Shown in pieces: positions 41,801-54,447 of a stretch of DNA of 64,000 bases (the stretch's first letter is position 1; each line of letters opens with the position of its first letter). Origin of the DNA: Lingula anatina (taxonomy: Eukaryota; Animalia; Brachiopoda); assembly GCA_051362555.1 (NCBI GenBank), contig CM120642.1, positions 3,844,001 through 3,908,000 on the forward strand, given 5' to 3'. The notes below the pieces were generated by a model, which saw only the letters and a program-made list of their open reading frames with translations, was not told the origin of the DNA and ran no database searches. The position numbers and the translations under genes are program-made.

Positions 41801-43844
41801 GAAGATATAGTAACCCGCCTGGGGAAAGATTTCACAAATGAATAAGTGAAGGAGTGGAAGCTTAGTTTACCATATAGCCTGTGTTTAGAGTATTAGTCTA
41901 GCTGTGACACAGACCCTTATGTAACAGACATTGATGGTTTGTTCAAACAAGCGGACTGAAGCAAGTGTGATACCTCGCAGTCAAATTCAATACTACATTG
42001 TTACTCATCGCTGTTCTGGAGCCGATATAATGTCGCAGAGTTTTTTTAAAGTTCCAGAACCGGAACTGTCAAGTTCTTTCTTAACCAAACAACAATGGAT
42101 TTCAAATGAGTTATTGATATTTAAACAAATAATTTGTCTTTAAAAAGAAAAAAGAAAAAAAAAGATTAATTAAATGCCATTATAGATCCTTTCATAAATA
42201 CACTTTATGTCCGCTTCGGTAGTTTTCTTTGTGATGCGAAAGGGAACCATATACAATAAAAAACAACATTTTTCACAGTGGACAAGTTTCATGTTCAGTA
42301 CATCCATCTATTTAAACAACACATCGCAATAATGAATAGAAATCCAATAACCATCCACAAGCAGAATAAACTATAGCCATTCTCATCCCTTGGTGACCAT
42401 CACAAGAAAGCCACTGGAGAGCAGTTACCTTGGTGAGAACAGCCAGAGATGTGACGGAGTAACTCCAACATAGCCCCGGCAGCAATAAATGGGCCTAAAT
42501 CGAGTCCATGTATCGGTGAGAGTAGATTATGACAGCGACCAAATTAAATTTAACGATCTAATGCCTCTGTTGTAAGTAGAGGAGTACACAAGCTCCAAGA
42601 TCAATAGAAAAGTGACCAGGCAATATTCACTGCTGCTCCGACAAGATCTTCTGTCCACTTATTTAAGTATGCATAAATGGTGCCCACATGCTTTTAGAGG
42701 AAAATAGGCAGAAAAGAGTCATTACTCAAAGTGGCCATAGGTAGAAAGTTAAATGAAGTGCGCTTTTATCTGGCTGTTTAAGTGGTTGAATTATTAATGG
42801 ACATGAAACAAAAGAAACACATGCTTAATTTGGCACCACTTTGAGCAATGCCCAGGATAGATTTCTGATATGTAAAATCAACCCTACCTTAGATGTAATT
42901 AAGCCGCTTAACCACAACAAAAGTGCCCAAGTTCTGTGCCAAATAGCATGATCATTGTTCCCAAAGTTCTCCCTTCATGTCTTGGTCACGTATGTATTAA
43001 CTAGCAAAATGGAGATCAATGACAACACAGACGGAAGAAACCTCAGATTTCACAAGTCTCCAATGAGGAATCAATTTTTGACATTTTCCTGTAGAAGACG
43101 GAAAAAAAGCAATGTGTGAGTCACTGTTTTCCTAAATTGCCAACATAATCTTAGATGACTTGGCTGCATGTAGTGGAACAAATGAACATCTCCTGCTAGG
43201 TGGCAGATGGGTGTTTATCTTGCATGATTATGGTACCACTCCATGGTAACGTTCATACTAGACTAAAAAAGATCAAACCCAATCCAATACTTAATGGCTC
43301 CAATATGGTTCATTGTAATGAAATATGGGCATCAAAACGCCCATGATAATCTTGGTTGACTGCAGAAATCCTACCCTTTTTTTTTACAGAAAGGGGGGGG
43401 GGGTCAAGCTTTGCAGGTACCTGGTTAATTGAAACAGGGCCATCACCAAGATCATTCCTATCTATTTCATTATAATCTTATGTGAATGAGGCCAGAATTT
43501 TCTCATTCTTGACTCCAATGGAATATCAATTTGCCCTAGTCTTCCTGCATCTACTGATAAAAGAGCAGGCAAGTTCACAGAGATATTATAGACTCGTGTC
43601 CATATAGCAGCCATATAAGAATAACAAATTGGTGAAAATAGATCACCTTTTATCACCATTGAGCAGACAATGGTCTCTTTACCCTGCTCCAGTTTCCCCA
43701 GTTTGCCCAATTTCAAGGATTGCTCATTTGCCTTGTGTTGGCTTTTATGAACCTTATGTTGGCCTGGCTTTCACTTATATCAAAAATTCATAAACCTTTG
43801 TGAGAAACTTTAATTTTTCTCACAAATACTTTCCATAAATTATC

Positions 43845-46740
43845 AACTAGAGGATCAGAGAGGCGATACCGCCTCCGAATATTGTACCACCAGCTGGAGC
43901 AAGCGCATTCGTATAGACCCCCACATACACAAAATAAGGGACACAGCCACCAGTTTTGTGCTTGACAAGCTGTAAAAATGCAATCAACAAGAATTTTTAA
44001 ACTATTGCAAAAAATATATATGGTACAATCAAATTTAAGTTCTTTGTAAGATAGGTCACGGGTCAATTTCAAGGTCACAGAAAATTGCCAGTATATGACT
44101 TCCTATTCAAGTTCAAGAGTAACTATGGACCTATCTCTGTCAAGTTTGAAGTTAAAAGAGAAAGAAATTAGCAGAGTTCACTTCATGATAAAAAGTAGGT
44201 CAAAGGTCAATTTCAAGGTCACACTTAGATTGCCAGTATAGGACTTCCTATTCAAGTTCAATAGTAACTATGGACCTATCTCTGCCAGTTTTGGAGATAA
44301 AAGGGAAGCAAAATTTGTAAAATTCAGTTCATGGTGAAAAGAAGGTCAAAAGTCAATTTTAAGGTCACATTTAGATTGCCAGTATATGACTTCCTATTCA
44401 AGTTCAATAGTAACTATGGACCTATCTCTGCCAGTTTTGGAGATAAAAGGGAAGCAAAATTTGCAAAGTTCAGTTTATGGTGAAAAGTAGGTCAAAGGTC
44501 AATTTTAAGGTCACATTTAGATTGCCAGTATATGACTTCCTATTCAAGTTCAATAGTAACTACGGACCTATCTCTGCCAGTTTTGGAGATAAAAGGAAAG
44601 CAAAATTTGCAAAGTTCAGTTCATGGTGAAAAGTAGGTCAAAGGTCAATTTTAAGGTCACATTTAGATTGCCAGTATATGACTTCCTATTCAAGTTCAAT
44701 AGTAACTATGGACCTATCTCTGCCAGTTTTGGAGATAAAAGGGAAGCAAAATTTGCAAAGTTCAGTTTATGGTGAAAAGTAGGTCAAAGGTCAATTTTAA
44801 GGTCACATTTAGATTGCCAGTATATGACTTCCTATTCAAGTTCAATAGTAACTACGGACCTATCTCTGCCAGTTTTGGAGATAAAAGGAAAGCAAAATTT
44901 GCAAAGTTCAGTTCATGGTGAAAAGTAGGTCAAAGGTCGATTTTAAGGTCACATTTAGATTGCCAGTATATGACTTTCTATTCAAGTTCAATACTAACTA
45001 TGGACCTATCTCAGCCAGTTTTGGAGATAAAAGGGAAGCAAAATTTGCAAAGTTCAGTTCATGGTGAAAAGTAGGTCAAAGGTCAATTTTAAGATCACAT
45101 TTAGATTGCCAGTATATGACTTCCTATTCAAGTTCAATAGTAACTATGGACCTATCTCTGCCAGTTTTGGAGATAAAAGGGAAGAAAAATTTGCAAAGTT
45201 CAGTTCATGGTGAAAAGTAGGTCAAAGGTCAATTTTAAGGTCACATATAGATTGCCAGTATATGACTTCCTATTCAAGTTCAATAGTAACTATGGACCTA
45301 TCTCTGCCAGTTTTGGAGATAAAAGGGAAGCAAAATTTGCAAAGTTCAATTCATGGTGAAAAGTAGGTCAAAGGTCAATTTCAAGGTCACATTTAGATTG
45401 CCAGTATATGACTTTCTATTCAAGTTCAATACTAACTATGGACCTATCTCTGCCAGTTTTGGAGATAAAAGGAAAGCAAAATTTGCAAAGTTCAGTTCAT
45501 GGTGAAAAGTAGGTCAAAGGTCGATTTCAAGGTCACAGTTAGATTGCCAGTATATGACTTTCTATTCAAGTTCAATACTATTATGGACCTATCTCTGCCA
45601 GTTTTGGAGATAAAAAGGAAGCAAAATTTGCAAAATTCAGTTCATGGTGAAAAGTAGGTCAAAGGTCAATTTCAAGGTCACAGTAAGATTGCCAGTATAT
45701 GACTTCCTATTCAACTTCAATAGTAACTATGGACCTATCTCTGCCAGTTTTGGAGATCTAAGGGAAATAATGTTATAATTTTGGAGTTACCATAATGTGC
45801 CTTAAATTTCGTACAGAAAAAATTAATTAAAATAAAGAAAATGTCATTTTGGTCAAAATTCTTGAAATAGGAGGTGCCCTGAAGTTTCAGAAGTTCAAAT
45901 TTGATGAAATAATGTCATTTTTGAACACAAGTTGTCTGCTTTGCCAAGCCATATGTTTTATTTTTCCAGAGTTCAAAATTTATTATCCATTACCGTACTG
46001 CACATTTTGCTTTTACCACCAATATGTACTTTTTGATACAGCGTAACTCGAAAACCGTATGGAATACAAAAAAACCGAGACCACCTCCAGTGTTGGGCTT
46101 TACATGCTCTACAAAATGCAAAAAAGAATGGGTCTCTAGCATTAACGGTTCCCGAATTAGAGACAGTTTTCAGTTTCGGTATCTTATGGCCGCTACTCCC
46201 GTGAAAATGCACCGATTGACCCCAAATTCATGGAGATGAAAGATGACCTGAAGGGTAACACTTTCCAATAATATTATTGGTTAAGTCTGCATAGTGTCTG
46301 AATAACAGGGAAAAAAAATTTTTTTTCGTAAAAAATTTCATTTTTTTGAAAATTTTGACCCATTTGACCTTGAAGTAAAGGTCAAAGGTCAAATCCAAGG
46401 GTATATTTGAAATCTACACATATGACTTTTGGAAAGCCGTCTATAGAAATTTTTCCCATAACTCCTTCCGTAGGGTAGATAATTAGCATTTAATTTTGCC
46501 ATTTTTAGACAAGGGTGCATTGTAATGAGTGCCACACCCAGACCCCAATACCGACAAAGCCCAAATTTTACGTGGAACGAGTTGAGATTATAGGTGACCT
46601 AAATCCATGAGATGGGTACGGGGGCCCTTACCGTCTAGGAGCAGAAGCGGTAACGGTAGCCGTCCGGCGGAGCCGGCGGAACGATCCGGACGGGACCGAA
46701 ACCATGTGTACCGCCAGCGCTAACGCTGGTGGTACAATAA
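43845..46740 (-). mobile_element. Non-autonomous Helentron-type element (HINE / DINE-1-like), copy 1, about 2.9 kb
   Basis: 15-bp subterminal inverted repeats TATTGTACCACCAGC (43880-43894) and GCTGGTGGTACAATA (46725-46739); the latter is part of a palindrome at 46707-46736. A GC hairpin GAGGCG-ATAC-CGCCTC (43860-43875) lies about 10 nt from the CTAG-TT end on the minus strand. Also present are a degenerate GC-rich simple repeat at about 46660-46698 and an internal tandem array. Inserted at TT with no TSD. A second copy occurs in the window. Confidence 0.9.
44053..45765. repeat. Satellite-like tandem array inside HINE copy 1: about 12 monomers of 145-146 bp
   Basis: The anchor GTATA(T/G)GACT recurs at 44091, 44236, 44382, 44528, 44674, 44820, 44966, 45112, 45258, 45404, 45550 and 45695. 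Confidence 0.97.
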
Positions 46741-47245
46741 CCATTTCACACTTGATTTGAGAGGCTAACAGAAAAATTCAGTTTTAAACAACTCATTACA
46801 GTAAAAAGGTTTTCTGTGAAACAACAAAAAATGTTAACTAACAAACATCACAAGTTCCAAAAAGTCTTTCAGAGTTCCAATACTGCTGGTAGTTTTTTTA
46901 CAGTAATAAAAATACAAGGTGCATGTTATATGTTATATAACAGCATTTTAGTCTGATCCCCTCTAACTCAAACATGGTGCCAACTGTTCCTCCCAAAACA
47001 CGAGCAGCATGCCTGTTATTACCTTAACACTGAATAACAACACCCTACAGGCAAAAAACAAATGGAAAACAATGAACTACTTTGGGGCCACACATATCTT
47101 TGATAATCTACAGTAATTCTGTACAACCCTTGTCCAACAAGATGAAATGATCTGCAACGCCTATTGACTGTTCTCAATCTTATGTATTGGAATCATTTTC
47201 TCCACCGATTACCTGTTTTGTTGACTGCTTTCAAAAAGGCATAGA

Positions 47246-47246
<1 letters not shown>

Positions 47247-47281
<35 letters not shown>
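47247..47281. repeat. Poly-A tract (35 A)
   Basis: Directly visible; no flanking TSD found. Confidence 0.95.
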
Positions 47282-47283
<2 letters not shown>

Positions 47284-50200
47284 ACACTATAGATCTATGT
47301 GAACCAATCCAACTCCATAGGAACTTTCACTGAATGCAACCAGATTAACCATACGACACGTCTCCTTCTTGGGTAGAATACAGAAAAGCTGGTGAATATA
47401 GGAGTATGTTGGAAACAAGAGGGAGAACATTAATCTGCTAAACTGATTGCAATCAGCAAGAGTCCCTACAGAGTTGGATCAATCTGGGCAGACCGATAGT
47501 GTCATTGGAATGAGTCTGTAGACTTTCTAAAACATTTAGGAACAAGTGCTCTGTTCATCTCCATTATCTCATTAAACATTGGTGTCAAAATTTTGTAAAT
47601 CAAGCAAATATATGTAGACATGATACAGGCTAAGGTGTGAAAATACTTCAAAAATGAAAAAGCAAAGATAAAAAGTAAAATTTATTTAAGCATATTAACT
47701 ATCTTTCCATAATGTATAATTTAATGGACAGTTCCCTAAAATGTGTGCATGCCTGCTTGCATGCATGAATGCTTGAGGGTGGAATTTACCACAATTCATA
47801 AATATATACCTGGCTTATAAAATATGCCTACAATCCTACTAATAAGATATCCTTCTGGAATTACAGTATAAAGAAGCATCAATGTGCATTAGCAGACTAC
47901 CCCCAGAACACATTAGTGAAAATGTGTTTACCTTAAAAATGCTCCTGGCATCCTTTAACTGGCATTTTCAACAGAATGTTTGTAATTTCAAATGTTCTGC
48001 AATCAAATGAATAGGAGTCCTATTGTAAATACAAATTGAAGTATATTACCCAACCAGAAAGACTTTACCTTCGTTCTTTTGATGAAAATTACCAGATACC
48101 ATACTTAAACATCATCAAATAGAGGAAAAAAGCAATTGTCATTACAAATCGGTATGAAATACATTCGAGCTGCCATCAAAAAGCTATAAAAAATGATTAG
48201 TCAAATTCTTTTCATCTGGTTTCAGATACAAGTTTTCACTTAAAATATCATCAGAGGTATCAGATGTTGATCAAATTATTCCCAGAAATAATCAGCTCAT
48301 AACTATCAGTCAATCTATCACCAGCTATCACTAACTAACTACAAAAAAGTGAAACAAGCTCACAAAAAAAGAACCGCCACCCGACACTGATGTTTGACAG
48401 ACATAAACAGTAAACATTCAGTCTGCAGCTGAACAATCCTCCATTGAACTTTAATGGAAGTTTAAATGTTTCCAGTTGGTTGTGGAAGTAAACTTTGTAT
48501 GGCGTCCATTAGTCATGGACTGCCTGAGCATCGCCCTTGTTGCTCCCAGTTAGCGCTGCCGTCCTCTTCACCAGGGGCGACAAGGGGGGACGAGGGTCAA
48601 TGTGCAGGGCAAAAACTGGCCCACAGGTCACTGATAATTTGACAATGTTTTGATATCTAATGATTTTTAAATATTCACTTTTCCTGACCTTTTCACAACA
48701 TGAGAAACTTCAGACTCCATAAAACTGTCCAAATATCTGATATCTGAAGTGTTTTGATGTCTGTCTCACATTTTATTGGAGATCCCTATTCACCCTCCTT
48801 TCATCCATCTGAAATGCTACTTTGCTTTGGAAATTCTTATGTAAGAACCAAACCCTAGGTTACACTCAAAAGTCCTAAAATGTTAATTATTGCCATTAGT
48901 ATTATTTCGTGACAGCTGATGAATAATCAAAAGGAAAAATGTAATCGCTCTATTTTTCCCCAGATGCATACTAACTTTATCAGGACTGGTTTGTATTGTC
49001 TAAATTGAGTGAAAAATGCAAAGTGAAATCTACAGGAATATCTTAAAACACATAAATAAAGTTGACTTTGATAGGTTTACTAATTGGCCACTATTAAAAA
49101 CTTGTGAAAGAAACTTTCAAAAAATACTCCTTGAAGTACTTCCCCTTGCCATCCTGTGTTTTCAGCAGTCTCTACAAACACCTTCCTTCAGATGCCACAA
49201 ATGTTTCACTCCTTTTTTTTCTGGTATTCTTTCAACACTGGCAAATATCAAACACTCAGACTGGATAGAGCTTCAAAGTATCTTGGACAAAAAGTGCCTG
49301 TTTTTTCAGATGCTGGGTTTATAAAACAGCAACTTTGCATTTCTTTTTACCTAGTGATATCTGGTGGAAAAAAGTGGCACCTTCGTTGCAGGTAGAGAGA
49401 ATTCCAATTCCCTAAATGCATCCCATCAAACAAAAACTTCTTCCAGACCCAATTTATTGGACAATTATATTTTGTTAACTGTTATTGATGAAATAACATT
49501 AATGCTTTCTGTTACCCCACAAGTGGTGTTGTAGATAAGGTATAATTACATGTCAATATGACGAGAGATAATTTCAATTTATATGCTAAACATGTATTAT
49601 TGCCATGTCAGCTTTTAAACATTTTTTTTTAATAGTGATGATAGAAAATCACAATACTCACTATAAGAAAAGAAAAATCACTTTTTCATATAATATACCC
49701 AATTTTAAGTGTGATCTTTGGTCATACTCAGAGTGAGTAACAACACTCAAACAAAGTTGGCTGAAATGAAAAACTTCTCTCTCTTCTAATTATGTTCATG
49801 TAATGAGCGGCAGCACGACATGTTAGGAGTGCCATGCCCTGACCTGGACAAGCTGTACTGCAAGGTAGAGAGTTCTCCACCTGAAACATACAATTCCATT
49901 ATCACTCAGCTACAACACTTCCTTCACTACTGGTCAATTAACCCATCCGTCACCAGCGCAGACTTCACACTCCACTCTTTCTATAATTAAAAATAGTTGC
50001 TGCTGTGCCAGCTTAGCCATGATCCTAGATCTTATATACAGGGCACTTAATACCATTCAAAAGATAAAATAAAATAAAAATAAATAAATTTTAAAGTTGC
50101 ATCAAAGCACATCTGCAAATTAAATTTTAAATAATTCAAAAATTGACATAATCTTTACAATAATGAAGTGAATGTTAAAAATTCTAGCTTTAGTCATTGT

Positions 50201-50404
50201 TTAATTATAACAGCATAGAAAATGTTAAAATTTATGTTAAACACAATGAAATCAACCGCAAGAAATAAATCACAAAATTAACCACGGATAACTGGATGAA
50301 TGAAAATAGAAAACACTCGAGATTTATTGCCAAATTTATGCAAAAACAATATCAGCAAAGTTAAACTTGATGTTGCTATGTGAGACAGCAGGTAACTATG
50401 GCAA

Positions 50405-50505
50405 CCATTCTCTAAGGGCATACAAACAAGCCCAGTTCTTTCCTCCTCATGCCTCCATTCTCTGAAGACGTACAAACAAGTCCAATTCTTCCTCTTTTCA
50501 TGCCT
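50405..50505. repeat. Diverged tandem duplication of about 50 bp (2 copies)
   Basis: CCATTCTCT..TACAAACAAG.CCA.TTCTT..TCATGCCTC occurs twice head-to-tail. Confidence 0.8.
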
Positions 50506-52051
50506 CACATAGTTCCCAAGTCACTGGTCCAGCTAGTAGATATTTTATCTCCGGAGATCACATGGGATAGTTCATGCATGATTAAGTTATCTGGGCACCT
50601 GTATTTCATGGGGCAGCATGACCTTATTGAAAACCCACATGGCAGTTCAGACAAAGTCATACATAGACCGAAAACTGAGCCAAATTATGTTCCTAGAGCA
50701 CCATACTGATTTACCAGGCATCTCAATGCTTGGGTTGCTATGGATCTATCTGTTTTGATGATAGGGTTTATTTGATGCAATTACAGTTGCTGATGCAGGC
50801 AAGGTGTACACTATATTCATTAGACTGGTTAACTAAGGACAAAAATGGCTAATGTGCAAATATGGATCTGTAGTCATATCACATTTCTATTAAACATTTC
50901 AAATGGCTGATGTTTTTTTTTTACATATTTTCTGATAATTCAAAATCATTCACTGTGTTAAATGAGCTCAAACACCTTTCACTCCAAAAAACATAGTTAT
51001 CTGCATGGTGATCAATATGTGAGATTAAGATTTTCAGTACAAAATAGTAATTGTTTGAACACATATCTTATAAACTCATGTCGGGATGTAAAGAATGCCC
51101 AACATACCAGCGACAAGTTGACGAGACATTACTGTTCATTAAAGGTGGATTAAAAGAGGGAAGGCATTTGACAGAAATTCTTTGAAGGCACAGGATATTT
51201 CTCAACAATTGCTTTTCACACAGACTTTAAATCAAGTGCTAAAAGCCAAAAATATCTCCCTCACTTTCTGATGACTTAAATTATGGTCTCTCTCTCTATT
51301 ATATAAGTATATAATCACAGGTTTAAACTCCTTACAAGTAGCTGTGAATAGCAGGAAGAAACCCCTGTAGGTTTGGTAAAATACATATAGTTTGTGAACT
51401 ATTAATAGTTAAAAACACTTGTTTTTACATATGTAACTTAAGGATTCAAATGGCTGGAGAATCCCCAAATCCTTTGCCTCTGTATTCCTCTATCCCTTCA
51501 TCAGTGCTTCATCCATCATATACTTCAATATAAGAGCCAACCTTTCTCATAAGAATACAGACGCCAGCCTGTTATCACTGTGTACAAGATGCCTCATCAA
51601 AAATGCCCATTTCCTTTCATCTTTATCAGCTATCAGTCAGATGAAGAGCATAAGTCCACCTGATATTGAATGTTTTCGTGGCTATCTGACTGGTCACAAA
51701 GGTCAGGTTTGATGGGTTATCTTCACAGGTACGTTACCCCCTGTTGCCATGTCAATCGTGGACATTCTCCATACCTGACAATGATTCTGTTTACTTAAGG
51801 GTGGTTCCAGACAGGCATTAGCCGGGGGGAGGGGGGGGGGGGAGGAGTTGGAATAACTTGTTGCAAGACTTTTTTCACTAATACATACATAGTTCCTTTT
51901 TGTCTACAATATATGAAATCACTTATCACAAGGGTTTATTTTCTTTTATTTTTGAAACAAATGTCAAAAAATTTCACTTTTTCAATAATAGTAATACCTA
52001 GATCCCTTCTGTATAAAAATATTTTATGTTTGTTCCCTTAAAATAGAAAGA

Positions 52052-52052
<1 letters not shown>

Positions 52053-52137
<85 letters not shown>

Positions 52138-52152
52138 TAGAGAGATAGAGAT
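52053..52152. repeat. Compound microsatellite (TG)n(AG)n
   Basis: Directly visible. Confidence 0.97.
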
Positions 52153-53575
52153 CCACCTATGCACTACCCAGACATTACATCCAAGGCTTCAAAGGAATAA
52201 TAGGTATTTTAACCAAAAACTATTACAAACAGTTGCCCATCTGTCAAGCTTTCCATTAATTTTTGGTCTTAAATTCCTATTATCTCTGTAGAAACTGCCA
52301 GGTTTCTCTCGTCAAGTCCAATTTCTCACTAAGTATAATGGTTTTGAACTTATTGAAATTTCATCTGTTCTGCTGCAATTTCCACACCAAGGCAATAACT
52401 TTTCCTCATCTATTCTCATTTAAAAGGACAAGAAACGTGCAAGCGGCTATTACTTTTCCATAGATTCAATTTGGTGTTGACTTCTAAAGTGAAGTACAAA
52501 TCTCCTCCCTGGTAATGGGCCTCAGCACTATATCCCCTTACACATTTAGCCGCACATTATCATCTTTAATAAAACCCACGATTCAGAAACAGTTGTGCCA
52601 GCTCACTGCCAGTTGAAGACTTTTACATTGTTTGACAAAAATTACCAGCAGTATTTATAGTGTCTGCTTGTTTTATAGATTTCATATTTTACAGGCGTGC
52701 AACTACATGTACATCAAGGTTTATCTTCTCCCTTCCCTTGGGAGCTTTTTTTGTGAAAACTTACTACGGTTATGGTGAACAAAATATTAAGCGATGCACA
52801 TATTACGCTTCTGAGTATACGCAATCATAGGGGGTAAATACTATAGGAACCAAAATATTTTGAGATAAAATGCAATGTCAATCAATTGCGCACCAAAAGC
52901 TATCCAAACATTCTTTGAGACACAAAGAAACAATAAAGCAAAAAATAGAATTAGCTAAATGCAAAGCAAGTGTAAGAAAGAAATTTACAAGCCAGCACAT
53001 TCATAGCTGTTTTCAGAGATGAGCGAATTGCAGTCATGCAAGAAATCTATGATGTGATACTGTGTGCTAAAGCAAGAAGATGACTCCTACAGCGTGAAGC
53101 GCAGATGGCCAGTTGAAGAGTTCTAGCCAATGAAGGACCACAAAACAATCAAATGTCCCCAAAAGCCATTGATACTGGCACCATCTAATCTCATAGAATG
53201 CCCCAGAATTCAATAACTGTCATGGTTTCTTCATTTTTTTTCACACTAATGAAGCAGAACTAATTTCTGAGCCCACAGTGGAAAGACGATAAGTTTAGAG
53301 GAAATTACGCGAGAAAGGAAAGAAGCAGGCTTCCTTTGGTGGCAATACATTATTGACGTGCTGTAGCATAGTTTTTAATGGTTTCATGTTGCTTGAGGAG
53401 TGTGGCAGAAGAAAAGCTGTGTAAGCAAGAGACAGGTCATATCCGTCAGATATTAGTTAAAGAACTCAACACTATATATGCACTCAGCTTTCCTTAATAC
53501 CACCAAGGATTGCCCAGCGACAATATAATGCAAACTGTCAGTGGCAGGAAACACTGACTTAATATCACATATGAG

Positions 53576-53579
<4 letters not shown>

Positions 53580-53633
<54 letters not shown>
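53580..53633. repeat. (TA)n microsatellite
   Basis: Directly visible. Confidence 0.97.
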
Positions 53634-53636
<3 letters not shown>

Positions 53637-53876
53637 TAACCTAAACAGCTGAAAACAAGAGCATGTCATTTCAAAGACCTAAGACCAGCCAATCTGAGTG
53701 GTATCTTGTGCAATTCTCCAAGGAAGTCCAAAATAAAAGAATTAAGTTAACAAAATTTTGATATTAGAATTCACATAAATTTAACCTATACACATTCAAA
53801 AGGAGCCATTCTATACCATTTGTTAACAAGAATCTCATGTGATATCTTTTAAAAAGAAGAAAAAAGCTCCACTTAC

Positions 53877-53934
53877 CTCAGTCTATCACAGAGAGCCCAC
53901 TGACTGAAGATTGCAGTAGAGGAACCTCCTGAGT
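53877..53934 (-). other. Candidate 58-bp exon (probably 5' UTR) on the DDR strand
   Basis: Minus strand reads tttgattttgtttttcag|ACTCAGGAGG...GATAGACTGAG|gtaagtgg, with near-consensus acceptor and donor. No ATG; two of three frames contain stops. Confidence 0.4.
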
Positions 53935-54088
53935 CTGAAAAACAAAATCAAATCCTAATTTATTCTGGCAGACATGCACTTTCTTAAGCTGTATTTGCAA
54001 ATAAAGTGGGGCTGCATTTTACAAAACCTCACAAAGTATCAATGAAAACAGGGGCCTTATGGGCTAGTAGTCATCTCCACATTATGTA

Positions 54089-54090
<2 letters not shown>

Positions 54091-54156
<66 letters not shown>
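54091..54156. repeat. (AT)n microsatellite
   Basis: Directly visible. Confidence 0.97.
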
Positions 54157-54159
<3 letters not shown>

Positions 54160-54447
54160 TAGAGCAGTAAACCAAAATATTACGTACTGTAATTTCTTTA
54201 TCAAAAGAGTGTAAAACTGGCACTGCAAGAAGAAAACTGTACAATTCTTGCAAACAACCACATAGTTTAACTTTCCTCATGATCCCCCTTTTTTTCTCAC
54301 AATTCACCAGTCAACTGGTATCTGGATCATTCAATTCTATAAAGAACAACTTTTCTTATTCCCTAACTTTACAAGCCAAGTCCCAAGATTATTAGACTTA
54401 CATTGAATTTCTTGAGTAAAAAAAAAAAAAATAATAATAAAAAAATT

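Noticed and set aside
43193-43206. CTCF-like motif CTGCTAGGTGGCAG (partial matches also near 7000, 14343 and 29135)
   Set aside because: Each has 2-3 mismatches in the core and cannot be distinguished from background without PWM scoring or ChIP data.
44053-45765. Regularly spaced repeats resembling a CRISPR array
   Set aside because: The monomers are contiguous near-identical 146-bp units with no unique spacers, there are no cas genes, and the context is eukaryotic.
47247-47281. Poly-A run as the tail of a retrocopy or SINE
   Set aside because: No upstream ORF, Pol III A/B boxes, poly-A signal or TSD was recognised.
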